A stretch of 64,000 nucleotides of DNA, from the IMG/VR virus record IMGVR_UViG_3300026478_000449. The stretch is one strand, 5' to 3'. The DNA comes from a virus. Both the position numbers and the translations under genes were made by a program. The notes beneath the pieces are model-generated. The model was not told where the DNA came from, made no database searches, and saw only the letters and a list, made by a program, of their open reading frames with translations. Shown here in pieces: positions 48,952-56,869 of the stretch; the first letter of the stretch is position 1, and every line of letters begins with the position of its first letter.

Positions 48952-49001
48952 CAAAGAAAGTCCCCGGGAGCGAATCGGATCGTTTACTTTAGGAGCGACT
49001 C

Positions 49002-49274
49002 TTAAAGAGTGATACCCATTGCGCGAGCTTTGTAGCCAAGTGCTACGATCTCACGGCTTGGTTGGCCCAACTCGTATTCGGTAACAGTCACACCGTTGCC
49101 AGCAACACGAGTGTTGGCATAAACAGCGTAACCATGCTGACGAATGCGGCTTGCTTCAGCAGCCAAGTTACCTACGCCGAAACGCTTAGTTGCTTCGGAT
49201 TGGGTAAGTTTTGCACCATTGTAAAGTGCGTTGAAGACCTTGAAAGTCTTGGTGTCTTTAGAAATGCGTTTCAT
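49002..49274 (-). CDS. small basic protein, possible HTH DNA-binding (90 aa)
   Basis: AAGGAAA RBS; followed by conserved CCGATTCGCTCCCGG element and terminator. Confidence 0.4.
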   Translation of the reverse strand: MKRISKDTKTFKVFNALYNGAKLTQSEATKRFGVGNLAAEASRIRQHGYAVYANTRVAGNGVTVTEYELGQPSREIVALGYKARAMGITL

Positions 49275-49327
49275 TTTGTTTCCTTTTAAGTTAATATAGC
49301 TGATTACTTGTTCTTCAGCGTTCTTAA

Positions 49328-49356
49328 ATATTAGCAGAACGCTCTGGAAGAATCAA
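49328..49356 (-). promoter_or_regulatory. weaker sigma70-like promoter
   Basis: TTGATT-N17-TAATAT. Confidence 0.35.
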
Positions 49357-49358
49357 CC

Positions 49359-49556
49359 TCAATCTTTCCTTTTTACGGATACATTCGCTCGAAAGAAAGT
49401 TCCTAGGATCACAACAGCAGCCCAAGTAGCCAAACCAAATTCAATAGCCAGGCTAGGGAACAGCGTGTTCAGTGACCAGATCACAAGCCACGGTCCAATC
49501 GCCAACAATACAACGATCAGCAAGAATGCCAATGCGATCTTAATTACGGTACTCAT
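49359..49556 (-). CDS. small two-TM membrane protein (65 aa)
   Basis: Two hydrophobic helices. Confidence 0.35.
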   Translation of the reverse strand: MSTVIKIALAFLLIVVLLAIGPWLVIWSLNTLFPSLAIEFGLATWAAVVILGTFFRANVSVKRKD

Positions 49557-49783
49557 AGTAATTCTCCTATCTCTTCTGCTAGTTTAACAGACTCGATTTC
49601 CTTTTGCAAGAGCTTTTCTGCTCGTTTTCCATTTACTGAAGTGCCACCCTGATATACTTTGTAGAAGTGGTCAGCACAGTAGCTCTTTCCAGTTAGATTG
49701 GGCTTACCGCAGTAGTGAACAGAACCCTTGCGGGGGTCCTGTTCGGGCCCAATCCACTGACAGGTCAGCGGACGGTAATCCAT
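49553..49783 (-). CDS. Cys/His-containing hypothetical protein (76 aa)
   Basis: HYCGKPNLTGKSYCADH. Confidence 0.35.
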   Translation of the reverse strand: MDYRPLTCQWIGPEQDPRKGSVHYCGKPNLTGKSYCADHFYKVYQGGTSVNGKRAEKLLQKEIESVKLAEEIGELL

Positions 49784-50889
49784 TATGCAATTCCTTTCAT
49801 AACAGTGACCTTGGCCATATTCTGCCAGTTAGATGGGAAGCTCTTGCGCAGGTCTGCGACTTTGAGCACAGTACGCAGGCTCAGTTCACGCATAGTAGCG
49901 CGATTGTCGTCGATGAAGCTGACAACCTCATCTTTGGCAATGTCCTCCAGCTCGTAGCTATCCAACATACCATCCTTGACAATCTGCTTGATACGCAGTA
50001 CCTTCTCGCGATCTGTGTCCATACGCAGATCAATATAGTGACAGCGTGACTCTAGGGCCGCCAAGTGCTCCTGCAGTTTCTTAGAGCGAACGTTCTCAAA
50101 CTTCAAGTTAGTGATAAAGATAGCACCACCCTTGAACTCGAAACGATCTGGCACTCCTTCTGAACGAAGCAGACGGCTGTCAGTGTTCCACGAAATGGTA
50201 CGCTTCTTGCTAGAGTCCAAAGCGGCCTTAAGAATGTTAAGTGCAATGTCGTCCAAAAGAATTGAGTCACAGTCGTCGAACACAAGAATGTTCTTAGCGT
50301 CTGAGTATTTGTAGAGCTTAGTGTACAGACCAATGGCTGACATTGCGCCCTTGACGATCTCATATTTGGGCTTACGCTGACCCATCATATCAAACAGATC
50401 GTCTTTGGCAAGTACTTCTTCAACGCCAAAGGATTTGCCCACACCTGGAGGGCCTGTGACGATCATAGCACGTACATCACCATTCTTGACAGCTTTAGTC
50501 ATATCTTTGAGGATGTCAAAGCGCAGACGAGTGCGTTCGATGATGTCCTCGTCGGACTCGTGTGCTACAGCAGTATCGGGCACCTTGATCTGAGTGAAAT
50601 CGGTGACCTCTGCGCCTTTGGCACTCTTTGACTTTAAAGCAGTCAGCATTGATACCCCTTGTGGAATTTGTGTTGCTTGAACAGTACCTGCGACAGCATA
50701 GTCGCCCTGACGGCACTTGATTCGGATATTGCGCTCAGGGAAGCCCTCTACACTAGTACCATCAACAGTAACATAGCCGTCGCCGTTCTTAGACACTTTG
50801 TAATCTTCTACAAGATTAAAAGTAAGTCCTGCAACGTTAACAGGTTGACCCTTGATGTTGTACCAGCCTTCAGTGAATGTAATCTGCAT
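49783..50889 (-). CDS. AAA-family ATPase
   Basis: IVTGPPGVGKS Walker A; ILVFDDCD Walker B. Confidence 0.5.
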   Translation of the reverse strand: MQITFTEGWYNIKGQPVNVAGLTFNLVEDYKVSKNGDGYVTVDGTSVEGFPERNIRIKCRQGDYAVAGTVQATQIPQGVSMLTALKSKSAKGAEVTDFTQIKVPDTAVAHESDEDIIERTRLRFDILKDMTKAVKNGDVRAMIVTGPPGVGKSFGVEEVLAKDDLFDMMGQRKPKYEIVKGAMSAIGLYTKLYKYSDAKNILVFDDCDSILLDDIALNILKAALDSSKKRTISWNTDSRLLRSEGVPDRFEFKGGAIFITNLKFENVRSKKLQEHLAALESRCHYIDLRMDTDREKVLRIKQIVKDGMLDSYELEDIAKDEVVSFIDDNRATMRELSLRTVLKVADLRKSFPSNWQNMAKVTVMKGIA

Positions 50890-50918
50890 CTTCGCTCCGT
50901 TTTGTTTAACTATGACTC

Positions 50919-50950
50919 TATTGTACCATCAAACAGCCAACCTGTCAACC
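50919..50950 (-). promoter_or_regulatory. consensus sigma70 early promoter
   Basis: GGTTGACA-N17-TACAAT. Confidence 0.7.
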
Positions 50951-50964
50951 CCTAAAAATAACCC

Positions 50965-51405
50965 TTAGTCTTCTAGGGTTTCTGCTTCCATCAACACAGC
51001 AGCGAGCAAGCGGTAGGGGCGTCCGTATTCGGAAACATACCACTGATCGTCCGAACGGAAGATATACTCGTATTCCTCGTACTGGTGATCCTTGACGTAG
51101 GCTTCGTAGTTAGCGAAAACAGCAGCTTCAGTATCGCTCTCACCACGATCTCGACCGTAGGCACAGGTCCAGTTGTTGCGGTGATCTTCGTTGGTATAGC
51201 GAGCATCGAAGTCGTGAGGCTCACCGATCTCAGGACGCAGCGAGCTGATCGATCCCAAGAGCATGAGTGCCAGGACCTTGGCACGATCTGTATAATGTTC
51301 GCTGAGAATTTGACCGTTGTGATCAATGTAGCCGTCCCAGTGGCAGTAGATCTGCATTACGCGGCCGTCGGGTTGCTCCATTGCAATAGTGCTTCGTGTA
51401 GCCAT
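50965..51405 (-). CDS. hypothetical protein (146 aa)
   Basis: Own promoter. Confidence 0.4.
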   Translation of the reverse strand: MATRSTIAMEQPDGRVMQIYCHWDGYIDHNGQILSEHYTDRAKVLALMLLGSISSLRPEIGEPHDFDARYTNEDHRNNWTCAYGRDRGESDTEAAVFANYEAYVKDHQYEEYEYIFRSDDQWYVSEYGRPYRLLAAVLMEAETLED

Positions 51406-51433
51406 TGTTCGCTCCTGTGTGTTGCTAAGCCTA

Positions 51434-51465
51434 TATTATAACAGGGCCCGTAGGCCCTGTCAACC
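51434..51465 (-). promoter_or_regulatory. consensus sigma70 early promoter with palindromic spacer
   Basis: GGTTGACA-N17-TATAAT; spacer contains CAGGGCC-CGTA-GGCCCTG. Confidence 0.7.
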
Positions 51466-51467
51466 CC

Positions 51468-51821
51468 TTAAATTGCTTCAAATGCCTTAAGGGCTTCTTG
51501 TGCGCTCTCGTCCAAATAGACAGCGTCCATAGCCCGTTGCTTCTCAGCGGCTACCAACTTGCGATATGCTTCCAGCTCTGCTTTCTTTGCTTCCATAGCA
51601 GGCCACTCCACGTCCGTAGGGTTGAGGTAAGGACCCGTGTAGTCTACCTTGTCTGCTTTAAGGGTAATCTCGCCTGAGCGGATGCCCTCAAAGACCATAC
51701 CCCACGTAGGCTGTTCTGGACGGCCACTTGCGCCGTAAAGTTCTACAGCCTTAGCCTGCACCTTCTCTTGTGCTACTTCGTTAAGACGACGGACAAAATA
51801 CTCACGTGCTTGCGCTTCCAT
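51468..51821 (-). CDS. hypothetical protein (117 aa)
   Basis: Track start 51884 overlaps the -35; ATG at 51821 has an AGGAG RBS. Confidence 0.4.
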   Translation of the reverse strand: MEAQAREYFVRRLNEVAQEKVQAKAVELYGASGRPEQPTWGMVFEGIRSGEITLKADKVDYTGPYLNPTDVEWPAMEAKKAELEAYRKLVAAEKQRAMDAVYLDESAQEALKAFEAI

Positions 51822-51854
51822 AGTTTCGCTCCTTAGTTGCGTTGTTGAAGTGTT

Positions 51855-51886
51855 TATTATACTGTCAAAAGCAGGGGCTGTCAACC
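51855..51886 (-). promoter_or_regulatory. consensus sigma70 early promoter with palindrome over -35
   Basis: GGTTGACA-N17-TATAAT; CAGGGG-CTGTCAA-CCCCTG inverted repeat. Confidence 0.7.
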
Positions 51887-51896
51887 CCTGTTGTTT

Positions 51897-52241
51897 TTAT
51901 GCAAACAAATTAAACTTTGCATCCCACGCACTAATAAACGCAGCGCCTACGTCTAAGCTAACGTAATTGTCGCCTTGCATCCCTTGCTCGCTATAGTCTA
52001 TGTCTAAGTTGTTAAGACCCTGCAGCGCGAGGAAGTTGCGCAAGTCTGTCATAAATCCCTCGTCTGTGTAAATGAGACCGTCTGTGTCTACATCCCAAAA
52101 CTTAGTGTTAAAGTATACACGCAGCTCGCCGAAGTCTTTTTCGTCGTTTACATATGCAAGTCGCATATCTGTAACGTGTACAGGCTTTGCAACGTTAGAC
52201 CAGTAGCCGTCGCCGCTAGTGCTAAAAATTGTCTGTTTCAT
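51897..52241 (-). CDS. hypothetical protein (114 aa)
   Basis: AGGAG RBS. Confidence 0.4.
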   Translation of the reverse strand: MKQTIFSTSGDGYWSNVAKPVHVTDMRLAYVNDEKDFGELRVYFNTKFWDVDTDGLIYTDEGFMTDLRNFLALQGLNNLDIDYSEQGMQGDNYVSLDVGAAFISAWDAKFNLFA

Positions 52242-52269
52242 TTCGCGCTCCTTTGTGTTACTAAGTCTC

Positions 52270-52301
52270 TATTGTATGCTCACGCAGCCAATTTGTCAAC
52301 C
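52270..52301 (-). promoter_or_regulatory. consensus sigma70 early promoter
   Basis: GGTTGACA-N17-TACAAT. Confidence 0.7.
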
Positions 52302-52648
52302 TCTACACGCAATAACCCTTCAATTAGCTCGGGTAATCGTTTCTTAGCTTCTTCCTCTGCTTGCCAGATCAGATCAGCAGCACAACCGTCCCTGAGAACC
52401 TCGCGAGCATCTTCGTAGAGGTAGCCACCGCAGATCGACGATCCCAGTTCCATGTCATTGAACATGACACGAGCCCTGAGCATAAACCAATCCAAATCGC
52501 CCCGGTTAACCTTGCGCTCTAAGTCCTCTACATCACAGCAGGTATCATCAAAGAGATCGCGGATAGTGCAATCTTCCCAGGTCTTGTCCACGATCACAGT
52601 GACCCCATTGTGCTGTTCGCGCAGCAGTTCGTCCCAGTAACGCATCAT
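52280..52648 (-). CDS. hypothetical protein (122 aa)
   Basis: ATGA coupling to upstream small ORF. Confidence 0.4.
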   Translation of the reverse strand: MMRYWDELLREQHNGVTVIVDKTWEDCTIRDLFDDTCCDVEDLERKVNRGDLDWFMLRARVMFNDMELGSSICGGYLYEDAREVLRDGCAADLIWQAEEEAKKRLPELIEGLLRVEVDKLAA

Positions 52649-52821
52649 GCAGTCTCCTTGATAGAATCAGCAACCAATTTGTGGCAGGTGTTCAGGGTCA
52701 GCATCATCACGTGTGCAGCCAGCGCAGCATCCTGGCCTGTGAACTGATTGATTATATCGTGCAGCTCGTTGAGATCTGCGGGAGTGTGCCAAATATTGCT
52801 ATGTGGAATCGGGTTAGTCAT
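52645..52821 (-). CDS. small protein (58 aa) not in ORF track
   Basis: AGGAG RBS; MTNPIPHSNIWHTPADLNELHDIINQFTGQ...; first gene after promoter 52850-52881. Confidence 0.35.
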   Translation of the reverse strand: MTNPIPHSNIWHTPADLNELHDIINQFTGQDAALAAHVMMLTLNTCHKLVADSIKETA

Positions 52822-52849
52822 CATTCGCTCCTTAACGTTACAATACCTG

Positions 52850-52881
52850 TATTATACTGCCGAACACCCAAGGTGTCAATC
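52850..52881 (-). promoter_or_regulatory. sigma70 early promoter
   Basis: GATTGACA-N17-TATAAT. Confidence 0.65.
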
Positions 52882-53208
52882 ACCTCGAATGTCCGTGTTC
52901 AGTGTAGGGTTAACAGCTCTACGGATTTCTACTTCCCTACGGTGTGCAGCCGCTTTGCCGCGGATGACCTCATGTACAAGTACTTCAATCTCGTTCTTGT
53001 TCGCGAGCTTGCGCAGTTCTTGACACAAGAGCCAGTTCTTCGACTCTGTTTTGGCACGATAGAAGTGTTTCGCGGCACGTGCCAACACTGACTTATTAAT
53101 AGTTGACTCTGTCTTGGCAGTGACGCCAATGTAGTTTTGACCATTAACACGCAGTTCGTAGATGATGTGATTGCGATCTACACGCTTCTTTCGTTGTACA
53201 GTGGTCAT
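52876..53208 (-). CDS. stand-alone GIY-YIG nuclease-domain protein (110 aa)
   Basis: HIIYELRVNGQNYIGVT (GIY...YIG), downstream Arg and Glu; start trimmed to the ATG with an AAGGAG RBS (track start 53265 lies inside the promoter). Confidence 0.5.
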   Translation of the reverse strand: MTTVQRKKRVDRNHIIYELRVNGQNYIGVTAKTESTINKSVLARAAKHFYRAKTESKNWLLCQELRKLANKNEIEVLVHEVIRGKAAAHRREVEIRRAVNPTLNTDIRGD

Positions 53209-53231
53209 TGCTCGCTCCTTCAACATATGTA

Positions 53232-53263
53232 TATTGTACGATCGAACTGCCAAAATGTCAACC
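53232..53263 (-). promoter_or_regulatory. consensus sigma70 early promoter
   Basis: GGTTGACA-N17-TACAAT. Confidence 0.7.
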
Positions 53264-53293
53264 AATTTGTTAAAGACCCTAGAGGGCCTAGGG

Positions 53294-53422
53294 TTATTTG
53301 ACGTGATCCTCGATTAGCTGCGCGAGTGCAGCAATTGCGTCTTGCTGAGCTTCGTCGTCGAGATCCGTGTAGTGCTGTATACGTGCTAAAGCAGCGTAGA
53401 AGACGTGCTGTAGTTCTGTCAT
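53294..53422 (-). CDS. small protein (42 aa) not in ORF track
   Basis: AAGGAC RBS; MTELQHVFYAALARIQHYTDLDDEAQQDAIAALAQLIEDHVK. Confidence 0.3.
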   Translation of the reverse strand: MTELQHVFYAALARIQHYTDLDDEAQQDAIAALAQLIEDHVK

Positions 53423-53443
53423 TGCTGTCCTTGTTTAAATGCA

Positions 53444-53473
53444 TATTATACAAGCAAACAGCATTTTGGACAA
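53444..53473 (-). promoter_or_regulatory. sigma70-like promoter (weak -35)
   Basis: TTGTCC-N17-TATAAT. Confidence 0.4.
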
Positions 53474-53505
53474 GAAAAAACCCTATAGTTTACTAGGCTA
53501 TAGGG
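53472..53505 (-). terminator. rho-independent terminator downstream of the tRNA pair
   Basis: CCCTATAG/CTATAGGG 8-bp stem; minus strand continues TTTTTTCTT. Confidence 0.7.
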
Positions 53506-53555
53506 TTTCTCCCGTGCTGCTGCACTCTGCGCCAGTGACTAGATGGCTCGCAGCT

Positions 53556-53633
<78 letters not shown>

Positions 53634-53637
53634 TAAC

Positions 53638-53714
53638 TGGCCACGCATAAGGGATTCGAACCCCTGACCCACAGCTTAGAAGGCTGTTGCTCTATCCAAC
53701 TGAGCTAATGCGTG
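53638..53714 (-). tRNA. tRNA-Arg (anticodon TCT)
   Basis: Hand-folded cloverleaf: acceptor CACGCAT/ATGCGTG, D-loop AGTTGGATA, anticodon loop CTTCTAA, T-loop TTCGAAT, encoded CCA. Confidence 0.8.
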
Positions 53715-53893
53715 AATTAATTATTGATTGGGTAAGGTGTCAGTGTCGGGGTCGCGAGCATCAGGATTCCAGCCAGGTTCCCCGTATTTAGGCACCAGCG
53801 CAGCACGTTGACGAGCCTGTGCTAGTGCTAGTTCTTCTGGAGTCATAGCCACTTCCCCGTCCGCTTCCACCGGTTGAACAATCTTTATCCTAG

Positions 53894-54232
53894 TCATAGT
53901 TCACCTCTATTCTTAGCTTCACGTAGATCTTCTTCCACATCCTCGGCCATACGCTGCTGCATGTCATGAGTCTTGACCATCTTGTACAAGGGATCAAGTC
54001 TACGTATAAAAACATCAGGACTAGCTGCTGCTGCACGATCTAGATCCCAACGTGAGGGATAGTGGCGCAGCAGACTTCTTGCTGAATCTCGGATCTTTTT
54101 GGGTACTCTGGGAGTTTGTGCAGAATCTAATAGTGATTCTAGAAAACGCTGTGTTTGCTCTACAGCGCGATAACGTTCATCAGGTAGGGTCATAGAGTCT
54201 CTGCTTTTAGATAATAGTCTTTTCTTTTGCAT
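53894..54232 (-). CDS. basic hypothetical protein (112 aa)
   Basis: Start 18 nt downstream of a GGCCCCGCTG motif copy; no sigma70 box. Confidence 0.4.
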   Translation of the reverse strand: MQKKRLLSKSRDSMTLPDERYRAVEQTQRFLESLLDSAQTPRVPKKIRDSARSLLRHYPSRWDLDRAAAASPDVFIRRLDPLYKMVKTHDMQQRMAEDVEEDLREAKNRGEL

Positions 54233-54262
54233 ACATGTACGTGTGTATAGCAGCGGGGCCTA

Positions 54263-54517
54263 TTAGTATCCAGCTCTACGACGCTCAAATAAGCCTTGGC
54301 AGTATACGCAGCGTGTACAACCTGGGACCATTTGCTGTCTAGCCTGTGGAATAGCTTCACCGCAGTCTTCACATTCCTCTAGACTAGGCTGTGATCTTTG
54401 ACGAGCCAACTCTGCTTGTACAGAATCTATAGCGTTCTGATTAATGTGTAGACTATGAATCTGAGCCATTTCGGCTTCTTCTTCATTGTTATATTCAAAT
54501 ACTTCTCTTTGTGTCAT
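54263..54517 (-). CDS. TraR/DksA-family C4 zinc-finger protein
   Basis: CEDCGEAIPQARQQMVPGCTRCVYCQ resembles TraR CEECGEPIPEARRKAIPWARLCIACQ; start trimmed to the ATG 7 nt after the promoter -10 (leaderless). Confidence 0.5.
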   Translation of the reverse strand: MTQREVFEYNNEEEAEMAQIHSLHINQNAIDSVQAELARQRSQPSLEECEDCGEAIPQARQQMVPGCTRCVYCQGLFERRRAGY

Positions 54518-54523
54518 ATGCGA

Positions 54524-54555
54524 TATTATATAGTCATTACGTGAGTATGTCAACC
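54524..54555 (-). promoter_or_regulatory. consensus sigma70 early promoter
   Basis: GGTTGACA-N17-TATAAT. Confidence 0.7.
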
Positions 54556-54559
54556 ACAA

Positions 54560-55013
54560 TCTACAGCAGCGGGGCCACTTTGCGCCTACCGTAGACTGGT
54601 TTAAGAGCACTAGTTCACGGTGGATTCACGGTGGATTCTCCCTGAGAAATGGTGGATTCTGAATCGTTTGAGCAGAGTCTAGGCTAGAATCTTTTAGTGT
54701 AGACTCTACCGTGGTGAATTGGTTATGAGGCATAGTTCAAATACCACACAATTTCACACTTTATCACACTTTTCTGCACTTTTTCCTTGCGCACACCCTA
54801 CGCAGCGGGGCCTGTACGCGAGTCTAGGCTCAGTAAATCACACTTTTTGCTACTTACTGACCCAGCTGCAAAACCCCAGTAAAATCAACGTCTACAGCTC
54901 AGTAAGAATCTTTGATTCTTATCCTTCAGTAAGAATGTATATATAGTTCCCTCGGCCTTTAGGCCTATACTACATATATGTACACGTTGATTCTACAGCG
55001 GGGCCATTATAGG
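54560..55013. repeat. iteron-rich non-coding region (candidate origin/regulatory hub)
   Basis: 3x GAATCCACC(GT) at 11-bp and 21-bp spacing, 3x AAAGTGTGA tandem, 5x CAGTAAR, 2x AGTCTAGGCT, 8-bp palindrome TAAGAATC/GATTCTTA, three GGCCCCGCTG copies; no credible ORF. Confidence 0.5.
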
Positions 55014-55253
55014 TCATAGTCTATCTTGTTCTTTGAGTTTAGCAGCCACAGCCAGTCTAAAACTCGTCAAGTTCTTAGAGTCTGCCCATATTAGACTAGC
55101 TATAATTGAACTTAGAAAACCCACTGCCCAAAGATGTGCTCTAAGTTTATCTGTATAGGGATTTACTCTAGCCAGTTCTGTTCTTACCCATTTAGAAATT
55201 TCTTCTGGATTACGCATATACACGCTCCTGCGTAGTTGTTTGTTGTTATACAA
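55014..55253 (-). CDS. hypothetical protein (79 aa)
   Basis: Track ORF. Confidence 0.35.
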   Translation of the reverse strand: MYNNKQLRRSVYMRNPEEISKWVRTELARVNPYTDKLRAHLWAVGFLSSIIASLIWADSKNLTSFRLAVAAKLKEQDRL

Positions 55254-55333
55254 GTATTTAATGTGTTATGATCCAAAACAGCCAGTAGACCAAGACTAAG
55301 ACTATACTTGCTAGTAATGCTTGTAGTTTCGTA

Positions 55334-55615
55334 TCATTCTTCTGCATATAAATCCTCAATGTCCACGGTGTCTTCTACTATACACCAAGTTGCTTCTAAG
55401 ATAAGACCCGCTTTATTTTTGCACCTTTCCACTTCCCAGTTATCCCATATCTCTACACGCTCTACACGCTCAATAAAGCCCAGTCTATGATTACGTGCTC
55501 TTTGTGCTATACGAGCACCCGCAAGAGACCTGTAGTACTTTAAGCGTCTTTGGGTGTCTTTATGCACCAGATACCAAACCTGTTGTTTCATACCTGTATC
55601 CTTATCTGCACACAC
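55334..55615 (-). CDS. hypothetical protein (93 aa)
   Basis: Track ORF; start uncertain. Confidence 0.35.
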   Translation of the reverse strand: MCADKDTGMKQQVWYLVHKDTQRRLKYYRSLAGARIAQRARNHRLGFIERVERVEIWDNWEVERCKNKAGLILEATWCIVEDTVDIEDLYAEE

Positions 55616-55643
55616 ACTCTATGTGGATCTTCTGTAAGGCCCT

Positions 55644-55994
55644 GTGGGCAAAGCTGTGAGCATGCCTCTAGGCCTAGAGTTAAAATTAACAGCAATTTCC
55701 TCATTTGATATTTATGGCGCTACCGCTGCCGCTTCGCGGCTTATAGAATTATGCTCGGCCATTTTGGATAAGTACAGGATGGCGATTCAGATCACAGATC
55801 ATTGTTATAGATATCATCACTTTCGACATGGGTTAGATCCTGAACAGATTTGGCGTGATGTACAAGCGTGGGGTGGCTTTCTCAGTATACAACCTGGGGG
55901 CGACATAGACTTTTTTGTGCCTGATCGTAATCGTGTGTTCTTTGAAATCAAATACCCAGAATTATCTAGAAGTCATAGTCGCAGCTGGGTTTAA
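55644..55994 (+). CDS. hypothetical protein (116 aa)
   Basis: Track ORF. Confidence 0.35.
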   Translation: MGKAVSMPLGLELKLTAISSFDIYGATAAASRLIELCSAILDKYRMAIQITDHCYRYHHFRHGLDPEQIWRDVQAWGGFLSIQPGGDIDFFVPDRNRVFFEIKYPELSRSHSRSWV

Positions 55995-56006
55995 TTAAAT
56001 ACTAGT

Positions 56007-56849
56007 ATGGCTCTTACCAAAAATCAACATCGTGTGCTCACAGACTCCTTGATACGCTCAGGAGTTACACCCACTAGGGCCAATGCTAGAGCCATTCGAG
56101 AAGTTGCGCTTAAATTTACCAGTAAGGAAATACGCACAGCTAACCCGCCTAGCTCGGATCTGCTAGGACAGACCATTGTCAGCATCACCATAGACCGTGA
56201 AGAGTATAAGAATAGAATTGATTGGTCACGTGCTTGGTTTGATCATTATCAACAGAACATTCGCAAGGGCAGATCAGTTCTGGGCACTCAGTTTCCCCTT
56301 GAACTATTAACCACAGACAACATTGTCACAGCTGAAAATCTTAGCCTAACCTGGGCTTTGACTACCTCAGGCTTGGTCAGCGATGAAACTGCTCAAACGC
56401 CTAGGGCACAGCTGATCACTACAGAAGTGGTACAAACTTCGGCCGCAGCTCAGCAAATAGAAAGTCTTAGAGTAGACACAGCCACGGGCAATCTCATATA
56501 TCGCTGGTCGGATGGGCGTGAACAGGTAGCTGGCTATGTCGCAGGCCCTGCACCTGAGATCAGCATAGGCTCTGTTACAACTAGACCCTCGGGCTCGGGC
56601 AGCTCAGTGACCATTGAAGGCACTGGCCCTGACTATGTCTTAAACTTTGAGCTTGAAACAGGGCCCTATCAAGAGGGTGCTGTTTTAGAAACTCAAGAAT
56701 ACACAGACCCCCAATGGCTACACATAACTACCCTGGGTACCCTTAGCCTAACAGAAGCAGTAACAGAACCCCTTCAGGCCACTACCAAGGCCTATGTGGA
56801 TAACCTGGCCCTTAGACAAACAGCATTCACAATCGTATTTGGCAGCTAG
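56007..56849 (+). CDS. hypothetical protein (280 aa)
   Basis: Thr/Ser-rich, possibly structural. Confidence 0.4.
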   Translation: MALTKNQHRVLTDSLIRSGVTPTRANARAIREVALKFTSKEIRTANPPSSDLLGQTIVSITIDREEYKNRIDWSRAWFDHYQQNIRKGRSVLGTQFPLELLTTDNIVTAENLSLTWALTTSGLVSDETAQTPRAQLITTEVVQTSAAAQQIESLRVDTATGNLIYRWSDGREQVAGYVAGPAPEISIGSVTTRPSGSGSSVTIEGTGPDYVLNFELETGPYQEGAVLETQEYTDPQWLHITTLGTLSLTEAVTEPLQATTKAYVDNLALRQTAFTIVFGS

Positions 56850-56869
56850 GCCCCAGCAGTAAATACTGC

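Noticed and set aside
54719-54946. Plus-strand ORF of 75 aa inside the iteron region
   Set aside because: No RBS or promoter. It lies inside the repeat-dense non-coding region and its composition is driven by the repeats.
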